DNA of 64,000 nt from Bdellovibrionales bacterium (lineage in GTDB: Bacteria; Bdellovibrionota; Bdellovibrionia; Bdellovibrionales; JAMPXM01), in the NCBI GenBank assembly GCA_043739185.1, contig JAYUEN010000398.1:1-64000 (forward strand). The letters run 5' to 3'. Under the pieces are notes generated by a model. It had not been told where the DNA came from. It did no database searches and saw nothing but the letters and a program-made list of their open reading frames with translations. Both the position numbers and the translations under genes were made by a program. This document shows positions 18,799 to 29,950 of this stretch, in pieces (the first letter of the stretch is position 1; the number at the start of each line of letters is the position of its first letter).

Positions 18799-20292
18799 AT
18801 GTCGCTTAAAATTAAATTCCGCAAGATTGTCAAAAGCTTTGCTAGCCTCAAAATGGCCGTGGTGATAATTCTCTCGTTAGCGAGCGTTATTGCTTGGGGA
18901 ACTTTTGTCGAAGCAAAGTATGATGCCTCAATTGCGCAAAAGATCGTTTATCACTCTATTTGGATGAGCCTTGTCATGGGAACGCTCATTCTTACGCTCA
19001 TTGCTGTTATGATTGATCGGTGGCCCTGGAAGGCAAAGCACACGGGCTTTGTTTGCGCTCATATCGGAATTATTGTTTTAATTGGTGGTTCGGTAGTCAC
19101 TCAATATTACGGAGTCGATGGCTCGATTTCATTCGGAATTGGTGAGCACTCTAAAAAAATTGTGGTCAGCGATCAAGACTTTTTGGTTTATTCACTGCCA
19201 ACTGCCAGAATGCCAGTCAAACTTTATGACTATCGAGGCGCTACCGGCAAGGAAGTTGATTTTTATATTCATCATCCAAAAAAGGAGCCTATTCATATTT
19301 CTCTGCCTGATGCAGTCATTGATGTGGTTGATTTCTTACCTTTTGCACTTCGGGATGATAAGATTGTTTCATCTGAATCAGGAGAAGATGCGCCGGCCGT
19401 ACGCTTTCAATTGACCAATGCAAATGTCAATCTAACGGATTGGGTAGGCGGGCAGCAGGGCCCAAAAGATGCGGTCAAAGACCTAGGACCCGCCCAAATT
19501 ATTCTTTCAAAAGAAGCTCCTGATATGAAGGGCAAGTTCGCAATTGTACTGACCCCAATTGATGGTGAAAAATTAAAATATGCAATTTATTCTCGCTCCG
19601 AGCCCAATCACATTAAAAAAGGCGTGGCCACTGCCGGTGATGTTCTCGATACGGGTTGGATGAATATGAAATTTCGCATCTTCAAATTTCTTCCTCACGC
19701 TAAAGAACAAACTAAATTTGTCGCACTTGAGCGCCCAACCCCCCTTACGAGCCAAGCATTGAAGGTCGTTTTTACTGAAAATTCTGGTAAAGTAAAACCC
19801 GTTGAACAATGGGTGCAACTCAACGCGCCGATTCGGTTTTTTACCTCTGGAGCGGCCTATGCATTGAGTTTTGCAAATCGCGCTATTTTACTTGATTTTA
19901 ATTTGCAGCTCACCAACTTTAGTGTCGGCAGATATCCGGGCACAAATCGAGCTGCAAGCTATGAAAGCATTGTGAGCCTTGAAGAAAAGGGAGCGCAGCG
20001 CGCGGATGCAACTCATCCATATTCAAATACCGGACCTCAAATTGTCGATAATATTAAAATTTCAATGAACGAACCTCTAAAATACGGTGGCTTCACTTTT
20101 TATCAGTCTTCTTTTCAAGAGGATGAAAGTGGCAGGCCGGTGATGTCCATTTTAAGTGTCAATCGCGATCCGGGGCGTTGGATTAAATATTTAGGAGCTC
20201 TCATAATCGTTCTCGGAATTATTCATCTTTTTTATTACAAGACTTTAAAGAAATCTTTTGCAAGTGGAACTGAGCAGACCACTAAACATTGA
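18799..20292 (+). CDS. ResB/Ccs1-like cytochrome c biogenesis protein (system II)
   Basis: ASLKMAVV, three N-terminal TMs with HIG, ISMNEPLKYGGFTFYQSSF..DPG followed by a TM. Confidence 0.85.
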   Translation: MSLKIKFRKIVKSFASLKMAVVIILSLASVIAWGTFVEAKYDASIAQKIVYHSIWMSLVMGTLILTLIAVMIDRWPWKAKHTGFVCAHIGIIVLIGGSVVTQYYGVDGSISFGIGEHSKKIVVSDQDFLVYSLPTARMPVKLYDYRGATGKEVDFYIHHPKKEPIHISLPDAVIDVVDFLPFALRDDKIVSSESGEDAPAVRFQLTNANVNLTDWVGGQQGPKDAVKDLGPAQIILSKEAPDMKGKFAIVLTPIDGEKLKYAIYSRSEPNHIKKGVATAGDVLDTGWMNMKFRIFKFLPHAKEQTKFVALERPTPLTSQALKVVFTENSGKVKPVEQWVQLNAPIRFFTSGAAYALSFANRAILLDFNLQLTNFSVGRYPGTNRAASYESIVSLEEKGAQRADATHPYSNTGPQIVDNIKISMNEPLKYGGFTFYQSSFQEDESGRPVMSILSVNRDPGRWIKYLGALIIVLGIIHLFYYKTLKKSFASGTEQTTKH

Positions 20293-20303
20293 TCGGAGAC
20301 TCT

Positions 20304-22031
20304 ATGGCCTCATCTTTTAAACTCCTCATTATTTTTTGCTCATTGTTTTTGGCAAATTCAATTGCCAAAGCATCAGATGAAATGAGTGCATTGAAGCTAC
20401 TTCCGGTACAAGACGGGGGGCGCATCAAGCCCTATGATACTTTCGCAAGAGAGTCTCTGCAATTGATTCACGGAAAGCAAAGTTTTCAATCGCGTCCGGC
20501 AATAGAGGTGGTGACAACTTGGTTTTTAGTCCCTGAAGCCTGGGAGAAAAAGAAACTTTTTCAAGTCACTCATCGCGGATTAAAAGAGGCTTTGAAGCTT
20601 AGCATTGAGGAAAACTTTTTTGATATTGGCGCCTTTTTAACCAATGATCGAATCAGCTTTGTATTTCAAGAGTTGCAGGCCAAACAAGAGACCAAAGAAA
20701 AGCTCGATCCGTATTTTCAGGCGGTTCAGCGCTTGCAAAATCAACTTGGACTTTTTATGGCCATAAAAAATGGCCAAGTCATACGCGTTTTGCCGCAAAA
20801 TCCAAGTGCTCAAATACCCGAAGCTACTTCGCCCGCAGGGTCCCTTCCTAGCCTCTCAGCCGCAAATGCTCAGAAGGCGAAAAATGACGCCTGGATTGCG
20901 ATTTCTGATTTACCGCCAGAGGGAGCCGCCAAGTTTTCGCAAATTTCCAAATCCTTTGCGCATGTTTTGCCTGGGGTTGAAAAGCAAGTATTTGCGGGCG
21001 ATAGCACTTTGAGTTTAGAAAAGGCAGTACAGGATTTCAAGTCCTATGCCTTTACTCAAAACTCTACTTATTCTGCAGCCGAAAAAGATATTGCACTAGA
21101 GGTTCATTACAATGATTTGAATCCTTTTATGAATACCTGGATTCTTTATTTAGTCAGTGTTTTGGTTATGAGTTTGGCTTGGTTTACTAAAAATAAATGG
21201 GCTTACCGCGGGGCTTGGTTCTTTGCTCTCGCCGCAATTGCAATGCACACCTACGGATTTGGTATTCGCGTCTATTTAACCGGAAGACCTCCGGTTTCAA
21301 ATATGTATGAATCAGTTGTTTGGGTGTCCTGGGGAGCCGTCTTTTTTTCGATGGTGTTTGAGGCGATTCAAAAAAGATTCTTTATCCTACTTGCCGGCAC
21401 ATCGGTGGCGGTACTTTGTTTGATTGTAGCCTCTCAGGCTCCCGCAATATTAGATAGTAGTCTTCAGCCGCTTGAGCCCGTCTTGCGAAGTAATTTGTGG
21501 TTGAGTATTCATGTACTGACCATCACCATAAGTTATTCGGCGTTCTTTCTTGCATTCGCATTGGGAGATGTTGGCCTCTTTCAATTCCTCAAAGGCGAAA
21601 ATGCGCAGAGTCTTCGAGTTAAAGAAATTCACCAGGCAATTTATCGTGCCATGCAAATTGGTGTTGTATTGCTTGCCACCGGAATCATTATGGGTGGCGT
21701 ATGGGCAGACTATTCTTGGGGTCGCTTTTGGGGTTGGGATCCAAAAGAAACCTGGGCCCTCATTGCATTGCTCGGCTATATTGCTATTTTGCACGGCAAA
21801 CTTGCAGGTTGGCTTCGTGAATTTGGCTTTGTAGCAAGCAGCGTGATTTCGTTTTCATTGGTTATGATGGCTTGGTATGGAGTAAATTATGTATTGGGTG
21901 CAGGTCTTCACTCTTATGGTTTTGGCGCCGGTGGAGTGCAGTATGTTGCAAGCTTTGTATTGCTACATTTTATCTATGTAGCTTACGTGAGCTTCGTAGT
22001 ACATCAGCGAAAACTGCAGGCGGCTAAGTAA
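20304..22031 (+). CDS. ccsA: Cytochrome c biogenesis protein CcsA (system II)
   Basis: GRPPVSNMYES, WLSIHV, WADYSWGRFWGWDPKETW (WWD domain), GLHSYG. Confidence 0.93.
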   Translation: MASSFKLLIIFCSLFLANSIAKASDEMSALKLLPVQDGGRIKPYDTFARESLQLIHGKQSFQSRPAIEVVTTWFLVPEAWEKKKLFQVTHRGLKEALKLSIEENFFDIGAFLTNDRISFVFQELQAKQETKEKLDPYFQAVQRLQNQLGLFMAIKNGQVIRVLPQNPSAQIPEATSPAGSLPSLSAANAQKAKNDAWIAISDLPPEGAAKFSQISKSFAHVLPGVEKQVFAGDSTLSLEKAVQDFKSYAFTQNSTYSAAEKDIALEVHYNDLNPFMNTWILYLVSVLVMSLAWFTKNKWAYRGAWFFALAAIAMHTYGFGIRVYLTGRPPVSNMYESVVWVSWGAVFFSMVFEAIQKRFFILLAGTSVAVLCLIVASQAPAILDSSLQPLEPVLRSNLWLSIHVLTITISYSAFFLAFALGDVGLFQFLKGENAQSLRVKEIHQAIYRAMQIGVVLLATGIIMGGVWADYSWGRFWGWDPKETWALIALLGYIAILHGKLAGWLREFGFVASSVISFSLVMMAWYGVNYVLGAGLHSYGFGAGGVQYVASFVLLHFIYVAYVSFVVHQRKLQAAK

Positions 22032-22299
22032 TATTCGCGGCCAGGCTCGCGATTTTGAGTTCAACTTGAGCTCGCAGCGAAGCGCTGCTGCCTGATTCGT
22101 GTGCAGAAACCTCATTCCGTTCACACAAATCGTGAAAATGGTTAAGACTTTCCTAAACTTTTTCATTTGATTTTCAAAAAGTATTTCCAAAATTCAAACA
22201 AATTCGTTAGTTTGTCTTAGACCTAATATAAGACATTATTGTTTTCTAGTTCGTGCGCGAATTGAATTGTGCGCGAGCGTCTCATCGAGGGACTCTAAT

Positions 22300-22860
22300 A
22301 TGATTTCAAAATTATCAAAATTTCTAAAGACTTTTTCAGTCTTTGCCGTTTTTCTTTTGGCGATGACTTCTTGCGAATTTCCGATGGGACTCGACTGGGG
22401 AAGCATAGGTTATAATCAAGGTTATCAACCAGAACAACCGATTCCCTATTCACATGAACTTCATGCCGGAAATTATAAAATCCCGTGCTTGTACTGTCAT
22501 TCAAGTGCTGAACGCGCCAATCATGCTGCGGTTCCGAGTCTTAATATATGTATGAATTGTCATATTGTTATTCCAGGTAACGAACATAAGGATGCAATTG
22601 ATCGTATTAAGGCCGCTTATGCTGCCAATGAACCAATCGCTTGGGTCAAAGTTCATATGCTTCCTGACTTTGTGAAATTCAATCATAAAAGGCATGTGCA
22701 AAGATTTGGTACTCCTGAGTCTTGTCATAAATGTCACGGGCCAATTGAGACAATGGCGAGGGTGTATCAGCACTCTTCTCTTTCGATGGGCTGGTGTGTG
22801 AATTGTCATCGGCAACCAGAAAACAATGCGCCAACGAGCTGTTCAACTTGTCACTATTAA
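22300..22860 (+). CDS. actA: Alternative complex III pentaheme cytochrome c ActA
   Basis: Five CxxCH motifs (CLYCH, CMNCH, CHKCH, CVNCH, CSTCH); QPIPYSHELHAG. Confidence 0.92.
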   Translation: MISKLSKFLKTFSVFAVFLLAMTSCEFPMGLDWGSIGYNQGYQPEQPIPYSHELHAGNYKIPCLYCHSSAERANHAAVPSLNICMNCHIVIPGNEHKDAIDRIKAAYAANEPIAWVKVHMLPDFVKFNHKRHVQRFGTPESCHKCHGPIETMARVYQHSSLSMGWCVNCHRQPENNAPTSCSTCHY

Positions 22861-22908
22861 ATTTATAATTCACCGGGTTTAACTAAACCAGACGAATGGA
22901 ATAAGATT

Positions 22909-25900
22909 ATGGAAAATACTGAGAACCTAAACGAGAGCAAAAATCAGATTCAAAAATCAGAATTTTGGCTTGGACTTGAACAGTACTATGAAGATTCAGA
23001 TTTTGCTAAAAAAGCAGAAACTGAGTTTCTGTCTTCTCCACTAAAAGAAGATGATGGCAATGATGGTTTTGCTCGTCGTAGTTTTTTAAAACTGATGGGT
23101 GCAAGTATTGCCATGGCGACCACGGGTTGTATTCGTCGTCCGGTTCAACATATTATTCCTTATGCTCAAGCTCCAAAGGAGATCACGCCTGGTGAAGCAA
23201 GCTACTATGCTTCAAGTTGGTTTGATGGCCATCAAGGCTACGGCATGGTGGTTAAAACCCTAGAGGGCCGCCCCATAAAAATTGAAGGAAATCCGCGCCA
23301 CTCAATGAATCGCGGCGGATTGCCAGCGAGAGCCCATGCCGAAGTCTTGAGCCTTTATGATCCAGATCGTATTCGCGGTCCCAAAAGAAATTTGTTAAAT
23401 AAAGCGCGAACCAACTTCGAAAATGTTGGAGCCAAATGGGAAGAGATTGATGCTCTAGTCAGTGCCAGTGCCACCAAGGGTGGTTTTGCAATTCTCACGC
23501 CGACAATTCCTAGTCCAACGACTCAAGCTTTGTTTGGCGATTTCTTAGGTTTTTTTAAAGGCAAACAATATATCGTTGATACTTTGCCAATGAGTTCGGT
23601 GCGCGAAGCTCAAAAGCTTTCTTATGGTAAAGATGTTTTGCCTCGCTATCGCTTTGATCTCGCGAAAATGATTGTCAGTATTGATTGTGATTTCTTCGGC
23701 ACCTATTTGTCGCCAGCTGAATTCGCGAGAGACTTCTCATCAAGACGCAAGCCGGGCGAAGAAATGAATCGCTTTGTTGCCTTTGAATCCTTGATGTCCT
23801 TAACAGGTATGAATGCAGATGATCGTATTCGCATTAAACCTTCGCAACAACTCGATGTTGTGCTCGGCTTGATTCATGCGGTAAATCAAAAACTTTCAAG
23901 TCGCCATGTAAGCGCTGCAATTAAAGAATTTGTGGCAAAATATGCAAATATTAGTTCGCAAATTGGTGTCAATAAAGAGCTTTGGGCGAAATTGGTGTCA
24001 GATTTAGTAGCTGCCAAAGGCCATAGTCTAATCATCGCCGGCGGCTTGACCAGCGAAACTAGTGAAGCAGTAAGTCTGCAAGTTGCAGTTAATTTGCTTA
24101 ATAGTATTCTTGAAAATGACGGCAGCAGCATTGATCATGAAATGGGTTTTTTGACCAATCAAGGCTCGACAAATGAACTTCATCAACTGATTGAAGATAT
24201 GAAGGCCGGTAAGATTAAAACTCTTGTCATAAACGATGCCAATTATGCTTATACGTTGCCTCGTACTTCAGGATTCGAAGAGGCTTTAAATAAGGTAGAT
24301 CTGGTTCTCTATACTGGTAATTATAATAATGCGACCGGCACGAAAGCTCATTACTTGATTCCAGCTGGGAACCACATGGAGATGTGGACGGATTATGAGT
24401 TTCAAAAAGGCGTATTTAGCATAGGCCAGCCAACGATTCGACCGATGTATGATACACGTTCTTTTCCAGAGACATTGCTCGCGTGGGCCGGAAAAGCCCA
24501 GGGCGCTCCAGCGAAACTGAAGGTTGCGTGGTTTGATTATTTGCAAACCCATTGGAAGAACGAAATTTTCAAAAAAGCCGGTAGCGGCAAGTCTTTTGAT
24601 GATGCTTGGTATGAGGTCTTGCAAACTGGTGTTGCCGGAAAAGTTCAAAATAGCGGAAAATCAGCGCGCAGTTTTTCGGGTTCCGCGCTGTCTACAAAGC
24701 GTGCCGAAAAGGCAAATGGCTATGAGCTTGCCCTTTATACGAGCGTGCAATTGGGTGACGGAAAGCTTGCAAATATTTCTTGGTTGCAAGAACTTCCAGA
24801 TGTCGTTTCAAAAATGGTTTGGGATAATTATTTGTCCGTTTCGGTTGCCACCGCTGAAAAAGAACACCTCAAGCAAGGCGATATGGTTGAGCTGACTGCA
24901 GGCAATGTGACCGCAAAAGTGCCAGTACATATTCAACCTGGCCAAGCTGATGGCGTTTTAGGTATCGCCATTGGTTATGGTCAAAAAAATATTGGTAAAG
25001 TTGGCAGTGATATTGGCGTAGACGCCTTTCAGTTTGCAGAGTTTAAAGAGGGGCGTGCGATCTATTCAGGTATCAATGCGAGCATTAAGAAGACTGGCGA
25101 GAAATACGAACTTGTTTCAACCCAGACCCATCACACTATGGAGGGGCGCCAAATAGTCGCGGAAGCAACCAATGAAGCTTATCAGAAAAACAATGCAACA
25201 GGCATTGAGAAGCTTTCACTCATTTCAATTTGGCCAGAACATAAATATACGAAAAACAAATGGGCGATGAGCATTGACTTAAATGTCTGCAATGGTTGTT
25301 CTGCTTGCGTAATGGCTTGTCAGAGTGAAAATAATATTCCGGTGGTTGGTAAGAAATTTGTTATGCAAGGCCGGGAAATGCACTGGATCCGGATTGATCG
25401 ATATTATCGAGGTGAGCCATCAAGTCCGGACAGTGTTTTTCAACCCATGCTTTGTCAACAATGCGAAAATGCTCCTTGTGAAACCGTTTGCCCAGTGGTC
25501 GCAACGGTTCACAATGAAGAGGGTTTAAACGACATGATTTACAATCGTTGTGTCGGAACAAGATATTGCTCGAATAATTGTCCATACAAAGTAAGACGAT
25601 TCAATTGGTTCAATTATTCAAAGCGCGCCGAACCTCTTCATATGGCATTGAATCCAGACGTCACTGTGCGTGAGCGCGGAGTTATGGAGAAATGTACTTT
25701 CTGTGTTCAAAGAATTCGTAAAACAGTCGGCGAAGCAAAAGACAAACATGAAAAATTGCAAGATGGTCAAATTGTTACGGCTTGCGCTGAAAGCTGCCCA
25801 ACCCAAGCCATTACTTTTGGTGATTTGAATGATCCGAATTCAAGGGTCTCGAAGTTATTCGCTAAAAAGAATAGCTATGCTGTTTTGGGAGATCTTAATA

Positions 25901-25974
25901 CGCGACCAAGAGTTCAATATGAATCAAAAATTCGCAACGCTGAACGAGCAGCTGAAGAGGGAGAACAAGCATGA
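22909..25974 (+). CDS. actB: Alternative complex III subunit ActB (molybdopterin-oxidoreductase-like plus Fe-S domain)
   Basis: Tat motif ARRSFLK followed by [15 protein letters not shown]; Fe-S motifs [35 protein letters not shown]. Confidence 0.93.
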   Translation: MENTENLNESKNQIQKSEFWLGLEQYYEDSDFAKKAETEFLSSPLKEDDGNDGFARRSFLKLMGASIAMATTGCIRRPVQHIIPYAQAPKEITPGEASYYASSWFDGHQGYGMVVKTLEGRPIKIEGNPRHSMNRGGLPARAHAEVLSLYDPDRIRGPKRNLLNKARTNFENVGAKWEEIDALVSASATKGGFAILTPTIPSPTTQALFGDFLGFFKGKQYIVDTLPMSSVREAQKLSYGKDVLPRYRFDLAKMIVSIDCDFFGTYLSPAEFARDFSSRRKPGEEMNRFVAFESLMSLTGMNADDRIRIKPSQQLDVVLGLIHAVNQKLSSRHVSAAIKEFVAKYANISSQIGVNKELWAKLVSDLVAAKGHSLIIAGGLTSETSEAVSLQVAVNLLNSILENDGSSIDHEMGFLTNQGSTNELHQLIEDMKAGKIKTLVINDANYAYTLPRTSGFEEALNKVDLVLYTGNYNNATGTKAHYLIPAGNHMEMWTDYEFQKGVFSIGQPTIRPMYDTRSFPETLLAWAGKAQGAPAKLKVAWFDYLQTHWKNEIFKKAGSGKSFDDAWYEVLQTGVAGKVQNSGKSARSFSGSALSTKRAEKANGYELALYTSVQLGDGKLANISWLQELPDVVSKMVWDNYLSVSVATAEKEHLKQGDMVELTAGNVTAKVPVHIQPGQADGVLGIAIGYGQKNIGKVGSDIGVDAFQFAEFKEGRAIYSGINASIKKTGEKYELVSTQTHHTMEGRQIVAEATNEAYQKNNATGIEKLSLISIWPEHKYTKNKWAMSIDLNVCNGCSACVMACQSENNIPVVGKKFVMQGREMHWIRIDRYYRGEPSSPDSVFQPMLCQQCENAPCETVCPVVATVHNEEGLNDMIYNRCVGTRYCSNNCPYKVRRFNWFNYSKRAEPLHMALNPDVTVRERGVMEKCTFCVQRIRKTVGEAKDKHEKLQDGQIVTACAESCPTQAITFGDLNDPNSRVSKLFAKKNSYAVLGDLNTRPRVQYESKIRNAERAAEEGEQA

Positions 25975-27344
25975 GTTTGATTTTTCGCAAACCCCTTGTT
26001 CTCGGAAATAAAACTTATAAGGACATCACCGATGATATTTGTCAGCCGGTTGAGAGTCTACCTACTGCAAAGTGGTTCGGTTTATTTTCGGGAGCTGGTC
26101 TTTTGTTTATGGCTTATATCGGAGTGATCGCAACCGTGGTGGCAGTCGGTATTGGCTTACTCGGTGTGAATCATCCGATTGGCTGGGGAACAATGATTGT
26201 GACTTTTGTATTCTGGATCGGTATTGGTCACGCAGGAACCTTGATTTCTGCGATTTTATTTTTATTTCGGCAAAAATGGCGAACTTCGGTCGCCAGGAGC
26301 GCTGAGGCTATGACGGTATTTGCGGTTATGACCGCCGGTCTTTTTCCGCTGATGCATACGGGGCGCCCTTGGCTCGATTACTGGTTGCTTCCGTATCCTA
26401 ACCAACGCGGTCCTTTGTGGGTGAATTTTAGATCTCCACTTTTGTGGGATGTTTTTGCCGTCAGTACATACGCAACAGTATCAATGGTTTTTTGGTATAT
26501 CGGGATGGTTCCTGACTTCGCAACCATTCGCGATCGCGCTAAAAATAAAGTTCGAAGATTAGTTTATGGCATTGCTTCGCTTGGCTGGCGTGGCTCAGCT
26601 CGCAATTGGTCTCATTATGAAATGCTCTATTTGATTCTTGCAGGCCTATCAGCTCCGCTTGTTTTGTCAGTACATACAATTGTAAGTTTCGACTTTGCGG
26701 TGAGCTTATTGCCAGGTTGGCATACGACAATTTTCCCGCCTTACTTTGTTGCGGGAGCAATTTTTTCTGGATTCGGAATGGTGGTCACTTTGCTGACGCT
26801 AGTACGAATTGGTTATCCTAAGTTTAAAGATTATATCACCATCGATCATATGGAGGTTATGAATAAGATCATTATGACCACCGGGATGATGGTTGGTTAT
26901 GCGTATGGTTCTGAATTTTTTATCGCATGGTACTCAGGAAATAAAATCGAGCAATTCACCTTTGCAAACCGTGCCTTCGGCCCTTACTGGTGGTCGTACT
27001 GGATCATGGTTTCGTGTAACGTCATATTTCCTCAGCTTTTCTGGTTTAAGAAATTACGTCGAAGTATTCCAGTGATGTTTGTCATCTCGATTCTAGTAAA
27101 TGTCGGAATGTGGTTTGAGCGCTTCGTTATTACGGTGACTTCACTTAGTCGTGATTTCTTGCCTTCGAATTGGGGAATGTACGCTTGGTCAAAGTTTGAT
27201 ACCGGTATTTTATTCGGTAGCTTTGGAATGTTTTTAACAATTTTCTTAATCTATCTCAGAGTCTTCCCTGCGATTTCAATCGCAGAGATCAAGCCAATGC
27301 TTTATGTTGGCAAGACTAAGCCTCACGGAGGTCACCATGGCTAA
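25971..27344 (+). CDS. actC: Alternative complex III NrfD-like membrane subunit ActC
   Basis: [44 protein letters not shown]. Confidence 0.95.
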   Translation: MSLIFRKPLVLGNKTYKDITDDICQPVESLPTAKWFGLFSGAGLLFMAYIGVIATVVAVGIGLLGVNHPIGWGTMIVTFVFWIGIGHAGTLISAILFLFRQKWRTSVARSAEAMTVFAVMTAGLFPLMHTGRPWLDYWLLPYPNQRGPLWVNFRSPLLWDVFAVSTYATVSMVFWYIGMVPDFATIRDRAKNKVRRLVYGIASLGWRGSARNWSHYEMLYLILAGLSAPLVLSVHTIVSFDFAVSLLPGWHTTIFPPYFVAGAIFSGFGMVVTLLTLVRIGYPKFKDYITIDHMEVMNKIIMTTGMMVGYAYGSEFFIAWYSGNKIEQFTFANRAFGPYWWSYWIMVSCNVIFPQLFWFKKLRRSIPVMFVISILVNVGMWFERFVITVTSLSRDFLPSNWGMYAWSKFDTGILFGSFGMFLTIFLIYLRVFPAISIAEIKPMLYVGKTKPHGGHHG

Positions 27345-27873
27345 TCCATTCGGTAAACGCGTCGGCGGCATTGCAGGAATTTGGCATGATGATCACGAAC
27401 TTGTCGTAGCAGCCAAAAAGGTGCGAGATGCAGGTTACGTAAAATTTGATTCGATAACACCTTTTCCGGTACATGGACTTGAAGAGGCGATGGGTATTCG
27501 CAGATCAATGATTCCCTGGGTAACCTTTATTGCTGGCCTCATAGGTGGTTTAAGCGGTTTGGGGCTACAGTATTGGGTGGCCGCAGTCGATTGGCCTCTG
27601 ATTGTCGGTGGTAAACCATTTTTCTCAGTACCAGCATTTATTCCGGTTACTTTTGAGCTGACGGTTTTATTTGCTGCTTTGAGCTCAGTCGGGGCACTTT
27701 TTGTTATGTGCGGCTTACCTAAAATCGATCCACCCATCATAGATCGAGATTTGACCAGTCATAAGTTTGCGATTTTTATTCCAGAAGATGATACGGCTTA
27801 TGATGCCGCCAAAGTTGAAAGTTTCTTGAAGCAAATTGGTGCAAAAGAAATTAAAAAAGTTGCTGAGTATTAG
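27337..27873 (+). CDS. actD: Alternative complex III subunit ActD (DUF3341)
   Basis: [39 protein letters not shown] at 27327-27331. Confidence 0.92.
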   Translation: MANPFGKRVGGIAGIWHDDHELVVAAKKVRDAGYVKFDSITPFPVHGLEEAMGIRRSMIPWVTFIAGLIGGLSGLGLQYWVAAVDWPLIVGGKPFFSVPAFIPVTFELTVLFAALSSVGALFVMCGLPKIDPPIIDRDLTSHKFAIFIPEDDTAYDAAKVESFLKQIGAKEIKKVAEY

Positions 27874-27885
27874 AGGGAGTTCGAA

Positions 27886-28467
27886 ATGAAGTTTTATTTG
27901 TCACGTCTCACCTATTTAGCTGGCTCTCTAAGCGTAATTTTAGCTTTTGGCGCATGTTCAATAGGTAAGCATTCACAGCCCAATATTGATCCGATTCAAG
28001 ATATGATGGATCAAGATGCCATTAAAGCTCAAGACTATCAGCCCGGTGGTGATGGGACCAAGGCGGCCTCTTTGCTGCCGCCTCAGGGGACTGTTCCTCA
28101 AGGCTATAAGCCCTATCCCTATCACAACAATGCCGAAGCAGCTGAAAAAAATCTGAAGAATCCTTACGCTGGAGATGAGTCGGTTGAGGTTTTGAAAAAT
28201 GGCGAAGCCAAATACAATACTTACTGTATTGTTTGCCACGGCCCTCAGGGCAAGGGTGATGGTTTGGTTGCTGCTAAGATGTTGCTTAAGCCGCCACCGC
28301 TCATATCGGACAAAGTCGTGGGATTTAATGACGGCAGAATTTATCATATTATTACCGACGGCCAAGGAGTCATGAGCTCCTATGCTTTTCAAATGGTGAA
28401 TGAAAAAGATCGCTGGGCAGTTGTAAAGTATGTTCGTAGTTTACAGAAATTAGCGAAAGGCAAATAA
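27886..28467 (+). CDS. actE: Alternative complex III monoheme cytochrome c lipoprotein ActE
   Basis: Lipobox FGA-C, DMMDQ, single CIVCH motif. Confidence 0.9.
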   Translation: MKFYLSRLTYLAGSLSVILAFGACSIGKHSQPNIDPIQDMMDQDAIKAQDYQPGGDGTKAASLLPPQGTVPQGYKPYPYHNNAEAAEKNLKNPYAGDESVEVLKNGEAKYNTYCIVCHGPQGKGDGLVAAKMLLKPPPLISDKVVGFNDGRIYHIITDGQGVMSSYAFQMVNEKDRWAVVKYVRSLQKLAKGK

Positions 28468-28468
28468 G

Positions 28469-29671
28469 ATGCAAGCTTCTCACAATGCAAGTCCGACCAT
28501 GCCCGGAAAGTTTGTTCCGAATTCGGCAATTAAGACACTTTATAGTGTGGGTATTTTGATTGGTGTCTTAGCTTTTAGCGCTGGCATTATGCGCGACCCA
28601 CAGAGAATTTGGTTCTCTTATTTGGTTAGCTTTTTTTATTTTCTCTGTCTTGGTCTTGGCGGATTGTTTTTTGCTTCACTTCAACATTTAACCAATGCGG
28701 GCTGGAGCGTTAATATTCGTAGAATTTCAGAATCTCTGGCGGCATTTTTGCCAGTTGGCGCTGTTGCAGCACTTATTTTAATTTTTGGATCAAAACACTT
28801 ATATGTTTGGCTTGATGCTAAAGAAGTGGCTCACGATGCCGTTTTGGCCGCAAAGCAATCTTATCTTAATTTTGGCTTTTTCGTTTTAAGACTAGTTGTA
28901 TTTATGGGGCTTTGGTTGGGTTTTTCAAAACTCATCATCGGGAACTCAATCAAACAGGATAGCAATGGCGATGAAAAACTCTCAATCAAAAATAATGCAC
29001 TTTCAGTAGTATTTATTCTGCTCTTTGCTTTGAGCTTTTCGCTTTTCAGCGTTGACGCCATTATGAGTTTAGAGCCGCATTGGTACTCTACGATTTTTGG
29101 GATTTATTGTTTTGCAGGATTGTTTCAGAGCAGTCTTTCACTCATCACCATTATTACTATTTATATGATCAAGCAGGGTTTGCTTCGGGGCTTGGTGAGC
29201 GATCATCATCTTCATGACCTCGGTAAGTATATGAAGGCATTTACGGTATTTTATGCCTATATTGCGTTTTCGCAATTCATGTTGATATGGTATGCAAACT
29301 TGCCTGAAGAAACTATTTTTTATCTAAACCGTGCAAATGGCGGATGGCTCTTAATTTCTTGGTCGATTTTAATTTTCAAATTCATCGTGCCATTCTTGTT
29401 ACTTCTTCCGAAATGGGCAAAGCGCAGCCAGTCGCAGCTCATTCTGGTGGGCCTCATTATATTGATCATGCAATATGTTGATATTTATTGGTTGGTATAT
29501 CCAAACTTAGATAGCAATAGTGTGCAGTTCGGTTGGCAAGAAATCGGCGTTTTCATGGGATTTTTGGGTCTATTCACATTGGCGGTCACGCGCTTTTTGA
29601 CCAAAAATAATTTGGTGCCGATTAGAGATCCTCGTATTCAAGAGTCTATTCACCACGAAGTTACTTACTAA
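28469..29671 (+). CDS. actF: Alternative complex III membrane subunit ActF
   Basis: MSLEPHWYSTIFG, HLHDLGK, FSQFMLIWYANLPEET. Confidence 0.92.
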   Translation: MQASHNASPTMPGKFVPNSAIKTLYSVGILIGVLAFSAGIMRDPQRIWFSYLVSFFYFLCLGLGGLFFASLQHLTNAGWSVNIRRISESLAAFLPVGAVAALILIFGSKHLYVWLDAKEVAHDAVLAAKQSYLNFGFFVLRLVVFMGLWLGFSKLIIGNSIKQDSNGDEKLSIKNNALSVVFILLFALSFSLFSVDAIMSLEPHWYSTIFGIYCFAGLFQSSLSLITIITIYMIKQGLLRGLVSDHHLHDLGKYMKAFTVFYAYIAFSQFMLIWYANLPEETIFYLNRANGGWLLISWSILIFKFIVPFLLLLPKWAKRSQSQLILVGLIILIMQYVDIYWLVYPNLDSNSVQFGWQEIGVFMGFLGLFTLAVTRFLTKNNLVPIRDPRIQESIHHEVTY

Positions 29672-29684
29672 TCCTGGCGATGGC

Positions 29685-29736
29685 GCACCGCTTCGCCGCC
29701 GGAGGCGGTGGAGCTGAAGAACCCTGAATTTTCAGG
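29685..29736. repeat. GC-rich intergenic hairpins after actF (terminator or REP-like)
   Basis: CACCGCTTC..GAGGCGGTG stem and CCTGAA-TT-TTCAGG palindrome. AGAACCCTGAATTT (29718-29731) recurs at 32726-32739. Confidence 0.4.
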
Positions 29737-29950
29737 CTAACGATTTCTAAGTAGTGAATCCTAAATTGTCCTTCCCTAACATCCCATTTTCAGATACATT
29801 GCGAAGTGTCTAATTAATGAGGGATTTTTGAAACTGACATTTGCTACGAATCTAAAAACCTTGATCAAGGCTCAAACCGAATTCACCCAGAATTCAGTTG
29901 TTGTTTTTTGTATTCGCTCTCATTCTCTCGTCTCATGAAAAGAAATATAA

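Noticed and set aside
22909..25974. Molybdoenzyme such as polysulfide or nitrate reductase
   Set aside because: The actA-F context identifies it as ActB, whose molybdopterin-like domain is known to lack the cofactor.
29740..29950. T-box or tRNA-mimic operator upstream of thrS
   Set aside because: No T-box consensus or convincing anticodon-like hairpin could be identified by eye.
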